A stretch of 64,000 nt of DNA from Thalia democratica (Eukaryota), in NCBI GenBank assembly GCA_965202585.1, contig OZ241830.1, positions 15,810,001 to 15,874,000 of the forward strand. Reading direction: 5' to 3'. The notes under the pieces were generated by a model. It was not told where the DNA came from and did no database searches. It saw only the letters and a program-made list of their open reading frames with translations. Made by a program: the position numbers and the translations under genes. Shown in pieces: positions 12,301 through 25,261 of this stretch. Numbering within the stretch: position 1 is the first letter of the stretch; the number at the start of each line of letters is the position of its first letter.

Positions 12301-15300
12301 ACTTGAACTAAGAAGACAACAATTTCTTTATTTAATCTTCCCAGTCCGTAACTCCTACCTACTTAACATAATTAATAAAGCTCTTGTGTACGTATATAAC
12401 TTTACTGTTTCTTCCACCAGACAGACATTTCTACCTTGCGCTCAACGGAAGCAGGCGAGACGAGGAAGACTACCTGGCGCGGGTGGAGACCGATGGTGAG
12501 GGCAGGATCCTCGGCAGGATCAGAGGAAGAAACTGGGGCAAGATGGACAGGCGGGAGTACGCGGATAGAGGCTGGAAGAACGAAGACTTCGAGAGGGACG
12601 ACGGGATCAAGGTGGGTGTGGATTATATAAACAAGGACGGGTTGGTCACGTTGAGGTACCAGCTTCCGTCCGGTGAACGTCGCAGGAGGACTTTTCGGCC
12701 GCACCTGGGATAATTTGATGTTGTGAAATTTTTGATTCTCGTGTGATTTTTTTATGTGTTCTCGTACTAGTAATAAACCAAGTTTCCCTAATCTGTGTGA
12801 TCCGTGTATGAATAGAATTGTATTAGTAACGCAAATAAAACTGAAAATATAAAGTTTGCAAAAAAAAAAAAGAGAAAAAATCCTTTTTGGCTCCGTATTG
12901 ATTTCTCAATTTATATATTTTAAAAGCATGTTTCAGTGAAATTATTTGAAGTCTTCGAAGTTATAAAAACTTAGTCAAGGTAAAAAATACAATTCGATTC
13001 CTTCGTAAATTCCAAAAGTATTTTATGAAAGAGAGTTTTATTAAAATTAAACAATTATTTAACATGTATTAAATAAATGACATATTCTTCTTTTTCTGTT
13101 TTGAAAACTTGGTTTGTGGTGACAGAGTCGCAATGTTTTGTAATTGTAAGTTTTGTAACAATTAAAAATAAAAACTGCTGCCCTTTTTTATGGGTTTCGT
13201 TATAAATGTGGTGGTAATCTTTTTAATTTAAACTATGAAAATTGATAATTTTAATTTGAAATTAAGTTTTATTAAATGTTTTGTTAGTTCGGTCATAAAT
13301 ATCTATAAACTATGTCAAAGTAAATCATATATTTAAATAAACTAAAGTAATATTCTTGTTGCTTTTAGCACAAACCAAACTGTAAATTAACCTGAAAAGC
13401 TCATACTCAGCAGAAATTTTACTGTACTTATAACTTAACCAACAAAACAAATCGTTTATTTTAAGTACCTCTAACTTCAATGTAGTATACATTATTGCTG
13501 TTATTAAGTTTGGTATTTGCAGAGTAAGTTGTGTCGCTTGTAGAACCAATAAAACAATGCAATTTCAACTAGGCTTGGGTAATAAACATATAAATAGGTA
13601 AACTAAAGTTTTCCGTTATAAAACTTTATTTCAAAATACTACAATAAATTTAGTTTATATTAAACAAAGAACATAACTTGTTAAAAACTGAGTTTTTCGT
13701 TAAGTAAAAAATAAAAAATAAACTTCTCAAATAGTAAAGAAATTGAAAGAAAACACTAGGTTTTTTTATGCTTATATTTATACAATATATATAACTTCTA
13801 TTTGATTAGTTAGTAACTGACTTAAATTTGAAGATTTTACATATATACAAACTTTTTTTCAACAAACTGTTACCATACCTCGTAAACTTGCAGATCTTGG
13901 AATCCTCCTGACACGTAATCCCTCACGTAACCCCCATAACCCCTGTTACCGAACTGAACGTGAACACTGTTAAAGTCATCAACATCTATGCAGTGAGCTG
14001 CAGTAAGGACCCAGTCTGATGATATGAGGACACCGACGCATGGCTGATCGTCCACGTACACTAGCGCCTTTAATGTTTTTTTTTTTTATTTAGACAACTT
14101 TATCAACTGCATATCTTTAAAATTGAAGTTTTAAATTTAACTAGAATTTTAAGATTGGAACTTATGTTTGTATTTAAAATTTAAGTTAAATAAACTTTAT
14201 AGGATAACATTCAATGTTTAAAACGTACATGCAGAAAACTTAACAAACAAAAACACTTGAATCAAACTCACAGTCCATGGAAAGTCTAGTAAATTTGGAT
14301 CTTGTCCTTCCAATAAATCATCGTGCCTCCTCCCATTGTGTCTGTTCTGGCCACATTTGTCTGAAAATATTGTCCCTATTATCAGTTTATCAATGTTACA
14401 TTAAACTGTAAAAAATAGGTATTTAATGAGTTTTTGTTTACAAAAAAAAAGTTATTAAGTTAAGATAAAATTCGATAAAAATATATCGGTTCAAGCCATA
14501 TTTGTCTAAAAGTATTAATAGTTTCATGAATAACCTATCAGCGTTAAGTTGAACTGACTTACATAGGAAGCATTATTAGTTTCTTATCAAAATATTGTTA
14601 AGTTAACTTTTTATTTAATGCTTGTACGAAAAAGTTTAATTGCGATAAAGTCATAAAAGTTAATTAAACAAAAAAGAAGTGTTTAAAATTTTCCTAAAGT
14701 TTAAGTACAAGAGCCTCACTTTTCGATATTTTGCAGCATTTATCTTGTTCCATGTACGAAATGAGAGGTTGATAGCACTGGTGCTTGGTTGAACACTCGT
14801 AACCTCTCAAGTGGTTGTTGCAATACAATCCCTCGTCACAAGGGTTCGTCAGGCACTCGTCAATATCTGTTTAAGTTTTTAGTATTTAAACTTCATTACA
14901 AATCAAGAGTGATTCTGGTACTATTAATTTTATGCATCAAAAATAGTATACAAAATCTGGTTTGTTAAGCTCAAGTTTAGAGCCCAGTACAACAGGTTAC
15001 AAATGACTCGTGATTTCTGTATAGTTTGTATTTTGTTTCAACTAAAACAAATTAAAAGAGTGATTTTGGTACAGGTTATTTTTTATGCATGAATTTAAAA
15101 ATTGTCTTTAAAATATGGTTTGTTTAGCAAAAGCTTTAAATGAAAATTTAAAAAATGAATACATGATCTTCTTTATAAATTTTTTCTAAACGTTATAAAT
15201 ATTTAAATGAAAATAGTTCCTTTTTGTTAAAAGCTTATTTATTAAAGCATGTACTTTTGCAAGTATTATTTTATTTACCTTCACACTTTCCGTCAATCAT

Positions 15301-18300
15301 TTGGTATCCTTCCCAGCATTTGCACTCAATAGCGCCATCGTGTGACTGCTTTTCACACGTTTGGCTGCAACCGTTATTTGCACATTCGACTGTTAAAATA
15401 TTAGAAAACATTATACAATCAGTTTTTTAATATTGATTATTTTACTGACAATTAATTAATATCATGTGAATGTATTCACAAGTTTGACTACAACCATTTT
15501 TTGAAAGCTGGACTGTTAAAATTTTAAAACATTTAGAATATATGTATTCAATTAAAATGTTTAGTTTTATGTTTTACTCACAAGTATGTTTTCTTTAAAA
15601 TGTGTAGTTAACTTATAATTAATCAAAACATATTAGTAGTGCTTCTTTAAAACTTTTGGAAACCATAAAAAATATTTGAATCTGAATTTCGTTTCAATGG
15701 TAAAGTAAACATTAAAAAATAGCTACACACATTATAGTTAAAACACATCTAAATTACTTCATCCTTCAACCTTAGATACTTATTAATTTATTTTTATTTA
15801 TAAAAGGAATCGAGTTTAAAGCTTTGTTTTTATAGACTTTACAACATTAAACAATTTGTTTTATCAACTACATATAACTATACAAACCAATATATAAAAT
15901 ATCCAAAAACTTTTTCTTAATTTGATTCAAGATAACTTAAATTTTTCAAGTAAATAACTAATGTTTTTATTTAAGTATATCTTGGAATCGAGTTTAAAGC
16001 TTTGTTTTTATAGACTTTACAACATTAAACAATTTGTTTCATTAACTACATACAACTATACAAAGCAATATATAAAATATCCAAAAACTTTTTCTTAATT
16101 TGATTCAAGATAACTTAAATTTTTCAAGTAAATAACTAATGTTTTTATTTAAGTACAACATTTGACCAATGGTATTATCAATGACCATACTTGAACTACT
16201 ATAAAACATAACTAAAAACAAAAATAAGTTAAAGAAAGTTTTCAAGTGAAAAATGAAATGACACTAAAGCGATGTATTACTTATTTTCATGTTTCATAAA
16301 CATTGAATTTGACAAATTTAAATAGTAACTAGAACAAAAGTATACCTACGTAATATACATACCAAAAACAAAAAGTAAAATTATTCAAATTTAAATAGTT
16401 GCCAGGCGACCGCAGACTTTTCTCAAATATTTTTGATGAAAAATAATATGTTGAGAAACGATCAGATTTGAAAGTTACAAAGCATACTTTCTCATAGCTC
16501 AACCGTTTTTATTAAGCTTATTTTAAAAATAAATTAAGGTTAAGCCTCGCTTACAACGTGGGTTATAAATGATAAATTATATAAATTAAGTATAAAAGTC
16601 TGAATAAAAACACTTATCATAGTTCTATGAGTCTATTTTTTAAAGTATTTTTTTATCGTTTTGAATAAGTAAACAACATATTAGAATAAATAAAATAATA
16701 AAACCGCAATCAACAAAAAAATAAACAAACAATAATATATTGTAAGAAAACACTCATGAAATAATGAAAAGAAAATTTTAAAGCTTATTTTTGTTATTTT
16801 AGGAAAAAGTTTAAAAAACAATACCTACCAGGGTCTACCCATTTATCGTTGCATCCAATATCGCACAAAATGGGACACAACTTTTGTATTTGTGACCGGT
16901 GACACTGGTCCTTTATTGATTCGTTGCAAACGTTCACGTCCTTACACGTGTCATTTGATAACACTGAGAAAAAAATTGAAGTATTTTAAAGCATGTTTTT
17001 TTTGTTTTGGAAACACTGAAATACTTTTAAGAACATAAATGTAACAATGTTACTTTATAACTACTATGAGTGTTTTACATTTTTAATAAAAACAAAACAC
17101 ATTTCAAAGTTTTATATTGGAGTAATTTTACATTTGATCATTATGAACATATACTAAGTAGGTTATAAATATTTAATTTAAAAAAGTAAAATTTGATTAA
17201 CTAATTTGATAAAAAAAAATTTAGTATAAACTTAAATACAATAAAGTAAAATCTTGTCACCGTAATGGAAGTTCTGTAAAACTAAAACTTAAATGTATGG
17301 TTTATTTGTTTCGACATAAGTGCGAAAACGTTACATATGTAAAAAAAACATTTACAATTTGTACAACTAGCAGCAAATCATATTTGTATGGAAACCAAAC
17401 AATATAGTTTGTGGGTTATTTGTTTCAAATTAATGTCCATTGTAAATACTTTTTAAACACACTTAAGCTTATAAACTTACACCTAAAAAAAGTTAAAAGT
17501 CTTAACATTAGTGAAAACTTTATAAAACTTAAGTTTAGGAAGGAGCATGTAATATATTTTGCCTAAAACATTCAGAATTTTGCGTATAGAAATCATTTTA
17601 GTTATTAGCAAACCATATTTGTAAACAAAAAATTACATTCGTAATAAATAAATAAAATTTTCATACTACTAAATTTGAAAATAGTTTTAAAGACTTAGTA
17701 CTTTTTAATGAAAACAAGTATTATATTAAAACTTTACAAAAATATGTTATGCTCTAACAATTGAAAAGTACAAGATAAAATTCACAACACCGTTTAACCA
17801 TACAAAGTTGGATAAAACAAGAAAAAGTGAACGTACCTTTGTTCAATATGGATAAAATTATGCAAATTATTCCGCTATTCTTTAATCTGTAAATAGAAAA
17901 TTGTTTAGGTACCATATAAACCTCAAAACTAGTCAAAATTGTTTAAAAAAACAATTATTTTATAGGCATTCTGTATAATTAAAAGAGGATTGAATAAAAC
18001 CTAACATAAGCTACATAAATCACACAACTATATAAAAAAGTAATTAAAAAATATATTGAAATTAAGAACATTATTTTTCCTCTATATAATTAAACAAAAA
18101 CAAAACAAATATTTATATTCAATCAAAAACTTCATAAAATTTTTGGAGAAAGCAGAATCGTCATGTGTTTGTAAAAACATTTCTTAAAAATATACATTAC
18201 ATATACATAAATATATAAAAACACATTTCTCATTATGTATTCAGAGAAATAAGCTTGGAATGTAAACTTGTATCACCTTATACGAACTTTCAATTTAAAA

Positions 18301-18903
18301 CACGTTTACAAGTGGTTGTGAACTTTTCAATAACGATTTAAAGGTAAAGTTATACAAGTTTAAAACTTATACATTGATTTTTAACCAAACTTACATGATA
18401 GAGCAACAAATTATAATTTAGTTATTTAGGTTTTCATTTTAGAGGTATCAAAGTATGAAGGCTAAAAGATAGTACTACCGTTTGTCAGGAATTTTAATTC
18501 AAAAAAAATTCTACATGTTTTCAATGATTAAGTAAACTAAATATTTATTTCAAAAACTTTCTTGCATATTAAAAGCAAATAATTTAATATTAATTAATAT
18601 ACAATCTTAGAATTAAAATATTTATTAGAAATGAAACTGCTAACAGTAACCGAATGCTAGATTTTGATTTTAGATGTTGTAAACAACTTTTGAAAAAATA
18701 AAGTGTCTTGTGTCTGAAAAATGGCTTCAATTTACTAAAAAAAAAATTAAAAAAGCTTGAAAAATATTGTGGTAAATGGTGCATCAATAAAATACAATAG
18801 CCATGAACGTTATTCAAAATATAATACGAGCCAGTACGTAATTGAAATGAATTTAATTAAAATAAACTATGTATGTAAAAAAACAAACTTACATTCCAAA
18901 CAT
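3308..18903 (-). CDS. Secreted multidomain serine-protease homolog (pseudoprotease), about 810 aa: signal peptide - ShK - EGF - cbEGF-like - trypsin fold (His and Asp kept, Ser replaced by Gln) - 6x TSP1 - 2x ShK; 17 coding exons
   Basis: Exons, all GT-AG and phase-consistent: 18893-18903, 17837-17886, 16829-16963 (ShK CKDVNVC...CPILCDIGC), 15279-15389 (EGF), 14720-14866 (DIDEC), 14272-14360, 13879-14067 (WVLTAAHC), 9478-9640 (NDLALL), 8796-8966, 8104-8283 (junction gives CPGEQGGLMIC), 7688-7867, 7150-7280, 5698-5857, 4799-4957, 4275-4503 (TSP1 WSxWSxCSxSCG motifs), 3721-3923, 3308-3432 (ShK CEDH...CKKTCGLC then stop). Total 2433 nt = 811 codons. The N-terminus MFGILKNSGIICIILSILNKVLS looks like a signal peptide. 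The first two exons are less certain than the rest. Confidence 0.9.
9751..9979. mobile_element. Mutator-like MITE with a degraded left end
   Basis: 9-bp direct repeat GGATTATCA at 9742-9750 and 9980-9988; inverted subterminal motifs aaaatccaccgc / gcgggtggatttt; right terminus CATGTCCC. The internal part resembles 2258-2315 in reverse complement. Confidence 0.6.
11887..12713 (+). CDS. Nested antisense two-exon gene, 127-aa Arg/Asp/Gly-rich protein of unknown family
   Basis: Exon 1 is 11887-11977 (MAANRNPLPLPENDLVEAYIFYRRVIGILR, donor A|gtaaga). Exon 2 is 12421-12713 (acceptor tttcttccaccag), in matching phase 1, ending at TAA. Exon 2 has strongly GC3-rich codons in an AT-rich intron. AATAAA occurs near 12773 and 12834. 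It lies inside intron 9641-13878 of the minus-strand gene. Confidence 0.7.
15806..16155. repeat. Intronic tandem duplication with a 178-bp period, two copies
   Basis: ggaatcgagtttaaagctttg...gtttttatttaagta occurs at 15806-15977 and 15984-16155, nearly identical. Confidence 0.92.
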
Positions 18904-21900
18904 GCTTATTAAGATGTCAAGTTTTTTAAAGGATCTGAAAAGGTTAACTTTTAAATTAAAAATTTAAATCTAAAACGACCTTAGACGTCTTAGAAAATTA
19001 CAGTTGCAGTTTATTAACAAAATGAAATATTTCCAATGAAAAAAAAAGTTACTAAATATTAGTTAACAAAAAAAATTGTTCTTTAAAAGTCTCAAAGTCT
19101 TTTAGATTAGATTTATCTTTTATAAATTCATTTTCTAAAAACATTATTAAGATCAACAAACACCACCTAACAATAATGAAAATATTAATTAACTTCAAAA
19201 AATTATATTGTCACAAATGCCTTATGTTTATCTTTTCAAAAGATTGTTGTGTAAAAACTTAAACTAGAAATTTAAACTTTTTTAATTTTTTTATTAAAAA
19301 AAAATTGATTAAAACTTGGTTTAACAACTACAATCTAAAGTTTCAAAACAAAAAGTTCTACACAAGGCACTTATCTCAACCTCAAAAAAAGAAAAAATAG
19401 TAAAAATCAAAACTAAATTTAGACTAGTTTTTATTTTGTTTACTAGTTTTTATGAAGCCAAATAGACAAAACTTAATTTAGAAATCACATGTTAAACTTA
19501 AACATAAAAAATATTTTTACACTAACTATTTTTTCTCATTCTTTTTATTGGTTAAACAATTTAAAAAAAAAAGCTTAATTCTAGATATGTCTGAATGAAC
19601 TTGTTTTTAAAAGCTTCATAGATAAAACTTGGTTTAGAAATCACAAGCTCTATTAGTTTAAAATATCGCTTTTAACCAAAAACTATTTATCTCACCTCTT
19701 TAGTTCTCTACACAATAAAATCTAAGCTAAAACTTTAAATTAGTGTTTAACGTTGTCTTCAGCAGTTTCAAAAGTATAACAATACTTATCGCTAAAAATA
19801 CACACTACCAAACATAATAAGTTTTTTTCACAAAAAGCTCTTATCTCAAACTATTTCATTGCGGTAATGAGCACATTTCAAATTGTTCCAATCTCATGTA
19901 TTTTTCCTTACAAGCCCCCGGGACATTTTCTGCGAATTGAATAACCTGTGGATGATTATTTATAGAAGTCAGTTGTGACTACCAACATGTACTACATGGT
20001 TAGACGTAAACATTTTCTTTCGCTTTTATTAGAAACATTCTTTTGTTTAACTACGATTTGAAATAAACTTTTGCTTAAAATATTAGACGTAGATATATTT
20101 TTCGCTTTTAATGGAAACGTTCTTTTGTTTAATTTAGCTTTAAAATAAAAGTTTCTGTTTCAAAACAATTGAAACTATATTTTGTTGCTTAGTTTGTGGT
20201 TACAGTTTTTACACTTGGAAACATATTTTTTGTTGTTGTATGAGTAATACTAAAACATAAAAATCAATGTTTGTTTTTAGCAATCAAAACAGGCAAATCA
20301 TTTTTTTTTGTCTAAAAGTAGGAAAAAATATATTTACATATTAAAAGAAATGATTTCTAATTAACTTTGACAAATGAGTAGATAATTTTTAGTTCAATGA
20401 ATTTCCTTAGATAACTTCTACAAATTGAACAAAAAATTTAGTAACGTTTTTAAAGTTTTTCTTTTTTTATTGAATATTAATAAACGAAGATTTATTACTT
20501 TTGAATGTTTAAGTAACAGTATTTTAAATATATATTTTTTTTCTAACTTTTTTATTTTAGTGTTAGAACTCATAAAGCTGCATATTATGCTTATATGCTA
20601 TTCTTTGAGTTTCAAACAGATTTAAACTTTGTAGCCCATGTGATATACCGACTATGTTCTTATTAATATTTTGAAAACATTAACAAAATTTCCGAATACT
20701 AAAAACAAAATTTTTCGTCGTTTTTAAAATTAAGGATTAAAGTTTATAAACAATCTACCGCAGTTAGCCAACCCAAGAGCAAAAACATTGTAACTTAAGT
20801 TTTGTTTACTTTAAACGTGCTAAATGTTTATACTTTATTTAGAAAGGTTTTTGAATATGCATCATAATATCTTAAAGATAATAAATTTAAATTTACTTTT
20901 ATACTGTATTGTTTACTTTACTTTTGTTTACTTTTAGTTTATCATTTTTACTTAAAAAGGTTTGTAAACATTGTATTTAAAATATTAATATACATATAGT
21001 AACAAAAATTAAATCAGAAATAAAATAAGAAACATTCTTTAAATATGTTAGCCGAAATTAGTGTTTAAAAAGTATATTTTTCTTATTACTTTATTAGCGT
21101 TCTTTATTAGTATACTCTTGTATAAGTTTTAAGATTTTAATTTTTGTTACTTAAAGTTTTTCATGTTATTGTCTACTTAATTTAGCTAAATTGCAATAAG
21201 GTTAGTTTTACTAATAAAATTTAATTAGACTAAGTTTTACTTTATTCAAAGTAGTTAATGTTTTTATTTAGAACCATCATATTCTACCGCTGAGATATTA
21301 CTTGTTAATAAACTGTAAGAACTTTATAGTTTTATAAATTTGTTCAGTTATTGTATCCTACTTAACTTCATCGTTTGATGCTAATAGCCCCATTCTAATA
21401 AAAGTAAATTTACATTTCTTATAACTAACAATCGATATTAAACTACCTTTTTTTCTGTCAAAGAAAATATTTATAAAAATGGATAATATGACAACGTTTA
21501 AAATATTTCAATTTTTTTATACTTACCAGCTAGGTATTACTCATCGTTAAGTATAATTGGAGTGGATTGTTATTGATAAAGTTGTGATCAATTTATTAAG
21601 ACGTAGCAAAATGATGCTGTATATATTTTAATTGCTTCAAAATTATACTACATTTTTATATTACTTCAAGTTTCTAGGTGCTTTGAATATTCTAAACGTT
21701 TTTTAAGTTAAAATTTGATTCAAAACTAATCAAAACAGATTTGAAATCAAATCAAACACATCGGTAATAACAGCATAAAAAAAACATTTTACTAGATTGG
21801 ATTATTATTAGAAACTATATAATTTAAAAAAAATGTTTGTTTTTTGTTTCATACTCTGTACAAAATTAGAGTTTAAACTAAAAATAATAAAACTAATAAG

Positions 21901-22129
21901 ATTATGTGTTTCCGTTAAAAAAAAAATAAAGAGATCTCAACTACTTGAGGAGAAATAATGAATTTATTCTTACAAAAATTTATTTTACAAACTAAGTTTT
22001 GGTCAAAGACCTCGTCAGTGCTTAATTAAATCTAAAAAGATGTCTAGAAAATAGTATAAAAACATTTTAATTATAACAAAAACAAATTTACTCAAAATTT
22101 TTACTTAAAAAACTAAACAAATAAAATTT

Positions 22130-23200
22130 CAATATCAAGATTGAATTTAAGGTAAGGTTAAAACTTTAGTTAAGTTTTAGAATCATTATAAAAACAATAA
22201 TAATAATAAAAATTGTATGTAGCTTTCTTTTTTCTTCTAGTTAAGTTTCAAAGTAAACGTTGCTTAAGCCAGGGGTCGGCAAACTGCGGCCCGCTGGTCA
22301 AATGAGGCCCTTATAAGCCAAAATCTGCGGCCCGCGAGCTCCTTTTTAGCCAAAAATAAAGATTTTAAAAGCAATAAAAATAAAAGATTTTGTAATAGAA
22401 AAATACACTTAGGCTCTTATTTCAATAAATAATCTTTATTAGTGCTCTAACATTGCTTAATTTATCAAATTTTTGATCTTAAATACCATCTTTTTACTTA
22501 TTAATTTAACTTTAAAAAAAATGCGGCCCTCAAAGATTTTTTTTAAATAATGCGGCCCGCAAGCAATTTTTAATAGGAAAATTAGCCCGTGAGTTACATA
22601 AGGCTGCCGACCCTGGCTTAAGCAAAAATGTAGTTAATAAATTAGCTTAAATTTGAGATGCATTTGAACGTAGCTTATTTTATTGTTACGCAACTAATGA
22701 AAATTTAAACAATCTTGTGCTTATAACAGCTATGAAAATTTGAAGTCCCGCCCAAATGCTTTATATAAAAACTAATAATTAAAACAATTTTTTACCTCAA
22801 AAAAAAACAAGTGAAACTTTAATATTGTCTTGGGCATGACGTTAAACTGTTTTGGTGTATAGCTCGATAACTGAAAGGTTTTTGTACACCAGGTCCTTGG
22901 ACCAAACCTTTTGAGCGTATTTTCTGCCGTTCATTAAACAATATATTAAGATTGAATTTGTGGTAAAGTTTAAATTTTAGTTAAGTTTAAAAATCAAAAA
23001 ACAACACAAATAATTATGAATATCTGTATGTAACTATCTATTTTCTTCTAGTTAATTTTCAAAGTAAACATTGCTTGAATAAAAATGTAGTTAATAGTAT
23101 TAAGTGAGCTTAAGTTATGATGCATTTTTATCAAGCTAATTTTTGTTGTGACTTAACTATTGAAAATTTAAGTAGTTCTGTACTTGTAATAGTTACGAAA
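22130..23200. repeat. Old diverged tandem duplication; the first copy is interrupted by the hAT MITE
   Basis: 22130-22269 plus 22616-22745 aligns with 22945-23200 (aagattgaattt...cttctagttaa...caaagtaaac(g/a)ttgctt...aaaaatgtagttaata). Confidence 0.75.
22270..22615. mobile_element. hAT (Charlie-like) MITE, 346 bp
   Basis: TIRs CAGGGGTCGGCA / TGCCGACCCTG; 8-bp TSD GCTTAAGC at 22262-22269 and 22616-22623; subterminal GCGGCCC repeats. Confidence 0.88.
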
Positions 23201-25261
23201 ACTTGAAATGCAAAGCCGACAGAAGGGACAACCTAAATAAACGGTACGTGCTCTTTTATTCCTGCCTGCACTTCCGAAAACTCCACTTCAAAACTTAAGT
23301 TGCCCGTAATGCAGGTTTTATGCATGCTCTTAATAAATTTTTGTGTAGCTATTATTTTCTTAAAACTAAAGGTTTTTAAGTAAAAATCATCCAAGCAAAA
23401 ATTCAATTTTAATGTTTCAATAACATTAACAATATGTGTTACTTACATTTAAACCACAACCTTTACATTTACCAAAACATGTTTATAATCTTTTGACATA
23501 TCTTAAAACTACTAGGAACACATTATCGTTATTTTAAAGTTTTCAAATAACGTTTAAGCACGTTCCAACTTTCTTAAGTAAAACTGCAAAACGAGAATTT
23601 AGCTATTTTGGAAAAATTAAATTTATTTTTATTTTTTGAACAAACAAGCATCAAATGACTTTAAAGTTTAAACATAAGTGTTTTAAAAGTTAATTTTAGA
23701 GCAAATTTTCTTGATCTGCTTTGTTTTTAAACCTTGAATTTGTAATATATATTTAAAAAAGAACTTTTAATATGATGTTCTAAAAAGAATATGAAATACT
23801 TTGTTAATAACTGTTTTAGAGATCGAACAAACTAATAGACTGCAGTATAATAACTTTTTTTAACAACATAAGTAATCCAAATCTTAATAAAAATCAACTT
23901 TTCATATTTATAAAATAAATAAACTAAAATTTATCAAACACCGTCGAACTGATAAAAAAACATAACATTTAAAGTATTGTGTTAAGTTAATTAATTTTCT
24001 TTTTGTTATTTTTGAATTAACATACACAACCTAAGTTTATTTTACTATGTGTTAATTATATTGTTTCGCTTATTCACTATAGTTTTGTTTTTTGCAGTTT
24101 TATAGATAACATTTCAAATGGTAGTTTGTTAAGTTGCTAATTCTATTCATAGTTTTATAGCTTATTGACCAAAAAAATGATCTGAATATTTGGTCCTAGG
24201 ACCATGTGCACGAGGAACCTTTCGGTTATGGAGTCGCTCACCACGGATACTTTTTAACGTCTTATCAAGGACGAATTTAGTTCAACTCTAAAATCATATT
24301 TTACTTCAACTGTTTTAATTTTTTCAAACGACGTAGTTTGACATCCTTCTACAGTTTGTTTAAAAGGTAGTTTTTTTTTTTGAATTCCTTGTTTAAAAAA
24401 CAAACTGCTTTAAAAAACTAAACAAACAGAAGCTCGAAGGTTTTAAAATTAAGATTTTTAATACTTCCTTGATGAATTTGACCTTTCAATTTTTCAAGTA
24501 AAAACACGATTTAGTAATATGTTTTCTTAACATGCTGCAATTTAAATCAAAATGCCATAAACTTTATAAAAATGACATTTAAAATCGATCATAAATACCA
24601 AGCCTAAAATTTCAAAGTTTTTAAGTTTTTTAAAAGTTAATATCTTTAACTTTTAAAAAGTAAGTTTTTTTGTTCTAGTATGAAGAAGGATATTCGATAC
24701 AGATATTATTTTGTTACTAAATTCAACAGATTTGAAAGGTTGAACAACATACCATGGCTAGTAGCTACATTTATACGGCTTGTATTTTTTTCGTTGTATA
24801 TGATTAAGTGCGTGTATGTGTAATGTTTTTATGTTCAAGTAGTCTTTAGTTTTATTACAATATTTAAACACTAAAAATATACTTTTATTTCAATATTTTT
24901 CGTATTTTGTTTGAACAGCTAGTTAGAAAATAGATGAAATCTATATATAGAAGAGGTATAAAAAATGTTGTAGGTTATATTTGTTTTCAAATGTAGCAAT
25001 TTAATCCTTTTTTAAAATAGTTTACTATAACTGAATGATAAACTTGTAATTGTACTTCCTACAGTTGTAGTTAGTTTATAAAGAACGTTACTTATTACTT
25101 TAAATTTCTTATACTGTTGTTTTACTTTTAGATTAATTTTTTCATATAACTTTTTAAACTTTTAATAAAAAATAAAAGAAGGCGGAATGACATAATTTTT
25201 TAATACCCATCAGTTATTTTAACTAACTTTGAACGTTTGATAGCATAGTTCGATTAAGTAA

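Noticed and set aside
12402-12704. 100-aa minus-strand ORF and 64-aa plus-strand ORF at 12436-12630
   Set aside because: These are shadows of the GC3-rich plus-strand exon 12421-12713, with no splice support and no fit to the host gene's reading frame.
8104-14067. Calling the gene an active trypsin-like protease
   Set aside because: The GDSGG motif reads GEQGG and there is no R-IVGG activation site.
14900-15140. Diverged intronic duplication of about 150 bp, and a similar one at about 31180-31410
   Set aside because: Probably real but old local duplications with no visible structure or function, and the boundaries could not be fixed by eye.
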